This document shows positions 31,993 through 34,849 of a DNA stretch of 34,849 nt, one piece after another. Within the stretch, counting starts at the first letter, position 1; each line of letters starts with the position of its first letter. Under the pieces are notes generated by a model. That model did no database searches. It worked only from the letters and a program-made list of their open reading frames with translations, and was not told the DNA's origin. Both the position numbers and the translations under genes were made by a program. Origin of the DNA: Nitriliruptoraceae bacterium (GTDB lineage Bacteria; Actinomycetota; Nitriliruptoria; Nitriliruptorales; Nitriliruptoraceae). The stretch is taken from positions 1-34,849 of the forward strand of contig SLDB01000003.1 in the NCBI GenBank assembly GCA_007125475.1. The letters run 5' to 3'.

Positions 31993-32238
31993 TCAGCGGG
32001 TCGTGTAGGGGATCAACGCCATCTCACGGGCGTTCTTCACGGCCGCTGCCAGCTGCTTCTGGCAGGTCGCGCACGTCCCGGAGGTCCGACGGGCCTTGAT
32101 CTTGGCCCGTTCGTTGAGGAACGGCTTGAGCAGCGAGAGATCCTTGTAGTCGACGTACTCGATGCCCTGCGTGCAGATCGGGCAGGGCTTCGCCTTGCGG
32201 GGCTTGTTCCGGTCCTTGGGCTTCGGGCGGGGCGGCAT
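31993..32238 (-). CDS. rpsR: 30S ribosomal protein S18 (four-Cys form)
   Basis: YVDYKDLSLLKPFLNERAKIKARRTSG...AAAVKNAREMALIPY, with CPIC and CATC pairs. Confidence 0.95.
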   Translation of the reverse strand: MPPRPKPKDRNKPRKAKPCPICTQGIEYVDYKDLSLLKPFLNERAKIKARRTSGTCATCQKQLAAAVKNAREMALIPYTTR

Positions 32239-32455
32239 GGGCGTGCTCCTCGTGGGGGCTCGGCCGACGGGGCGTCGGCGCCGTGTCGGGGTGGTTGTCG
32301 GAAGGTATGACGATGGGGGAAAGCGTCGAGGTGTTCGTCGTGCCCGGGGTCGGGACCTGACCTGACGTCGGAGGCGGTGGGTTCACGACCGTCGACCCTG
32401 GAGGGCGTCGTCCCGTACCACGCCGGCGGGTGGGATCCCCGGGCGGTGACTCGAC

Positions 32456-32890
32456 CTAGAACGGCACGTCGTCGTCGGATGGAGGGGGCGGGGACGCCGA
32501 TCCGCCGGTCGCCGCGGCGGCGGACGGACCGGACGAGCGCTGCACCGAGGCACGGGCCCACCGCAGGCTCGGGGCGATCTCATCGGCCTCGATCTCGGTG
32601 GTCCACACGGTCTGGCCCTCGCGGTTCTCGTAGCTGCGGACGCGCACGCGCCCGATCACGACGACCCGGTCGCCCTTGGACAGCGACTCCGCCGCGTTCT
32701 CGGCGAGATCACGCCAGCAGTTGACGTTGAGGAACGTCGTCTCCTCCTGCTGGTTGCCGGAGCGGTCGGTGTAGCGCCGGTTGGAGGCCACACGGAACGA
32801 GGCGACGGGGGCGCCGCTCTGGGTGAAACGCAGATCCGGGTCATCGGTGAGGTTCCCGATGAAGGTGATGATGTTCGACTCGAACGCCAC
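32456..32890 (-). CDS. ssb: single-stranded DNA-binding protein
   Basis: OB-fold motifs NIITFIGNLTDDPDLRFTQSG, a Gly/Pro/Ala linker, and the acidic tip DDDVPF. GTG start. Confidence 0.95.
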   Translation of the reverse strand: MAFESNIITFIGNLTDDPDLRFTQSGAPVASFRVASNRRYTDRSGNQQEETTFLNVNCWRDLAENAAESLSKGDRVVVIGRVRVRSYENREGQTVWTTEIEADEIAPSLRWARASVQRSSGPSAAAATGGSASPPPPSDDDVPF

Positions 32891-32962
32891 GTGAGACTCC
32901 TCGTCGTCGGTGATCGGCGATCCTGGTCCGGGTGTGAGAGGTCCGGACAGCCGTCGGCAGAC

Positions 32963-33268
32963 TCAGGAGCGGGCGTGGACGCGGATCTCCGGACGGACCG
33001 TCTTGAAGCGGATCACGTCGTCGGAGATCTTGAGTTGACGCTCGACCTCGGCGACGGCCTCGGTCGAGGCCTCGAAGTCGAGGATGCCGTAGAAACCGTG
33101 ATCACGGTGGTCGATCTCGTAGGCCAGGCGGCGCTTCCCCCACCAGGCCTCGTCCAACAGGGTCCCGCCCTGGGCGGCGAGGACCTCCTTGGCGCGGTCG
33201 AACACCGCCACGGCGGCGTCCTCTTCGATCGTGTCCTTGATCAGGATCATCATCTCATAGCGGCGCAT
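32963..33268 (-). CDS. rpsF: 30S ribosomal protein S6
   Basis: MRRYEMMILI...WGKRRLAYEI. GAGGAGG lies 5 nt before ATG 33268. Confidence 0.93.
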   Translation of the reverse strand: MRRYEMMILIKDTIEEDAAVAVFDRAKEVLAAQGGTLLDEAWWGKRRLAYEIDHRDHGFYGILDFEASTEAVAEVERQLKISDDVIRFKTVRPEIRVHARS

Positions 33269-33628
33269 GGGCACCTCCTCTGGTCATGCCGCACCACGGA
33301 CCGCGCGGTGCGGGCCGCGGCACGCCGTGGTGGCGTCGTGCGGCTCGGTGGCCCCCGCAGTCACGACCGACGTTCTCACGCCGACACCGTCGCCGGGGGC
33401 AGGGGTGCGTACTCCACGGGTCTGTCGACCCGTGGCAGTCACCGACCAGCGCGGGCGGGGCGGGCCACACACCTCGCCGACCGGTGACGTACGTCGCGCG
33501 GACCCGCAGGTCCGCGCTGAGCGACAAACCGTACAGCACGTCCGTACCTCTCACAACCGGCACCGTACGCGCCGGTCGTGACACCGCGGCCGGTGCGTGC
33601 CGGTGGCTGTGGACAGGCGGACCGCGGC

Positions 33629-34849
33629 TCAGACGAAGCGCGCGAGGAAGTACCGCTTCTTGCCGACCTTGAGCACCGCGGTATCCCGCCCGGCCAGGTC
33701 GTCGGGTCCCAGCGCACGACGTGGATCACGTTCGACGACGTTGTTCAGGCGCACCGCGCCCTGTTCGACCAGGCGCCGGGCCTCGCCGTTGCTGCGCGTC
33801 GCCCCGACCTCGGTCAGCAGGGCCAGCAGGCCCAACCCCTCGGCGAGTCGGGAGCGGTCGAGCTGCACCGACGGGGCACCCGCGAACGCGTCGGAGAGGA
33901 CGGCGTCATCGAGCCCCCGCAGGGGTTCGTCCCCGAACAGCGCCCGGGTCGCGCCCTCGGCGAGGGCGACCCCGTCGTCGCCGTGGATCACCCGGGTCGC
34001 CTCCCGCGCCAGGACCCGGTGGGCGACCCGCGCCGCCGGGTCACGCTCGACCTCGCCGGCCAGTTCCTCGATCTCGGCGAGCTCGAGCCACGTGAACAGC
34101 TTGAGGAACCGCACGACGTCGGCATCGGCGGTGTTCAACCAGTACTGGAAGTAGGCGTACGGCGAGGTCAGCTCGGGGTCGAGCCAGACGGCGTTGCCGG
34201 CGGACTTCCCGAACTTCGCTCCGTCGGCGGTGGTGAGCAGCGGCCAGACCAGCCCGAAGGCCTCTCCGCCGCCGCGGCGCCGGATGAGGTCGATGCCGGC
34301 GACGATGTTCCCCCACTGGTCGGAACCGCCGCCCTGCAGCACGCAGTCGTACTCCTCGGCGAGGTGGGCGAAGTCATAGGCCTGCAGCAGCTGGTAGCTG
34401 AACTCGGCGAACGTCAGGCCCTGCTCGCGGGAATCGAGGCGCCGCTTCACCGACTCCCGCGCCATCATGGCGTTCACCGGGGCGTGCACCCCGACCTCGC
34501 GGAGGAACTCCAGCAGGGTGACGTCACGCGTCCACGTGTAGTTGTCCACGAGGATCCCGGCGGCGTCGGGAGCACCACCGGCGGCACCACCGGCGGCGGT
34601 CGCGTCGGTGTCGAGGTGCAGGACCCGGGCCAGCTGCGAGCGGATCCCGGCGAGGTTGCGCTCGAGCGTGTCCTCGTCGAGGACCTCACGTTCGGCGTCC
34701 CGCCCCGACGGGTCCCCGATCCGCCCCGTCGCACCGCCGGCGAGGGCGATCGGGCGGTGACCGCAGGCCTGCAACCACGCCATCGCCATCATCCCGACGA
34801 GGTTGCCGGCGTGCAGCGAGGGAGCCGTCGGATCGAACCCGACGTAGAA
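33629..34849 (-). CDS. tyrS: tyrosine--tRNA ligase, 5' end outside window
   Basis: The frame is open to the window edge. Motifs: FYVGFDPTAPSLHAGNL (HIGH-type), KFGKS, and a C-terminal S4-like domain ...KVGKKRYFLARFV. Confidence 0.93.
   Translation of the reverse strand, partial: FYVGFDPTAPSLHAGNLVGMMAMAWLQACGHRPIALAGGATGRIGDPSGRDAEREVLDEDTLERNLAGIRSQLARVLHLDTDATAAGGAAGGAPDAAGILVDNYTWTRDVTLLEFLREVGVHAPVNAMMARESVKRRLDSREQGLTFAEFSYQLLQAYDFAHLAEEYDCVLQGGGSDQWGNIVAGIDLIRRRGGGEAFGLVWPLLTTADGAKFGKSAGNAVWLDPELTSPYAYFQYWLNTADADVVRFLKLFTWLELAEIEELAGEVERDPAARVAHRVLAREATRVIHGDDGVALAEGATRALFGDEPLRGLDDAVLSDAFAGAPSVQLDRSRLAEGLGLLALLTEVGATRSNGEARRLVEQGAVRLNNVVERDPRRALGPDDLAGRDTAVLKVGKKRYFLARFV

Noticed and set aside
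34826-34849. tRNA T-arm-like 'gggttcgatcc' (also 'ggttcgattc' near 927)
   Set aside because: Both lie inside well-supported coding frames (tyrS, histidine kinase). Neither has a flanking acceptor or anticodon stem.

Overview
Very GC-rich, actinobacterial-type chromosomal window, mostly core and housekeeping genes. I call 26 protein-coding genes plus one weak partial. No tRNA, rRNA, CRISPR array, transposase or prophage was recognised.

Gene content, left to right:
- possible 3' remnant of an HNH endonuclease
- PAS sensor histidine kinase with no response regulator nearby
- YeiB/DUF418-like membrane protein
- lipoprotein-type gamma-glutamyltransferase
- uncharacterised 486-aa Rossmann-containing protein
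- acidic lipoprotein, transcribed divergently from a solitary bacterial dynamin-like GTPase
- dienelactone hydrolase followed by a small 'MCT...' protein in an apparent operon
- acyltransferase-3 membrane protein
- acidic lipoprotein
- DUF2905-like protein
- ACAD10/11-like acyl-CoA dehydrogenase
- MBL-fold hydrolase
- RraA-like aldolase
- uncharacterised 342-aa protein
- SMP-30/gluconolactonase-family protein
- ~1,856-aa single-chain biotin carboxylase-BCCP-carboxyltransferase fusion
- thioredoxin
- TetR regulator
- small membrane protein
- lipoprotein
- YqgE/AlgH
- the conserved tyrS / rpsF-ssb-rpsR-rplI-dnaB block

Many long ORFs in the supplied track are GC-driven antisense shadow ORFs and were rejected.

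I found no recognisable defence or mobile system. The most unusual signals are:
1. Many intergenic regions are filled with unrelated tandem repeat arrays (periods 15-53 bp). At least four arrays start at, or overlap, the stop codon of the adjacent gene.
2. A 916-bp ORF-free divergent spacer upstream of ggt.
3. The giant fused carboxylase.
4. A lone dynamin-like protein whose G4 motif looks degenerate.
5. Two conserved-looking proteins of unknown function.

All functional calls come from motif recognition by eye, with no database search. Start codons are chosen from SD-like motifs and are approximate.
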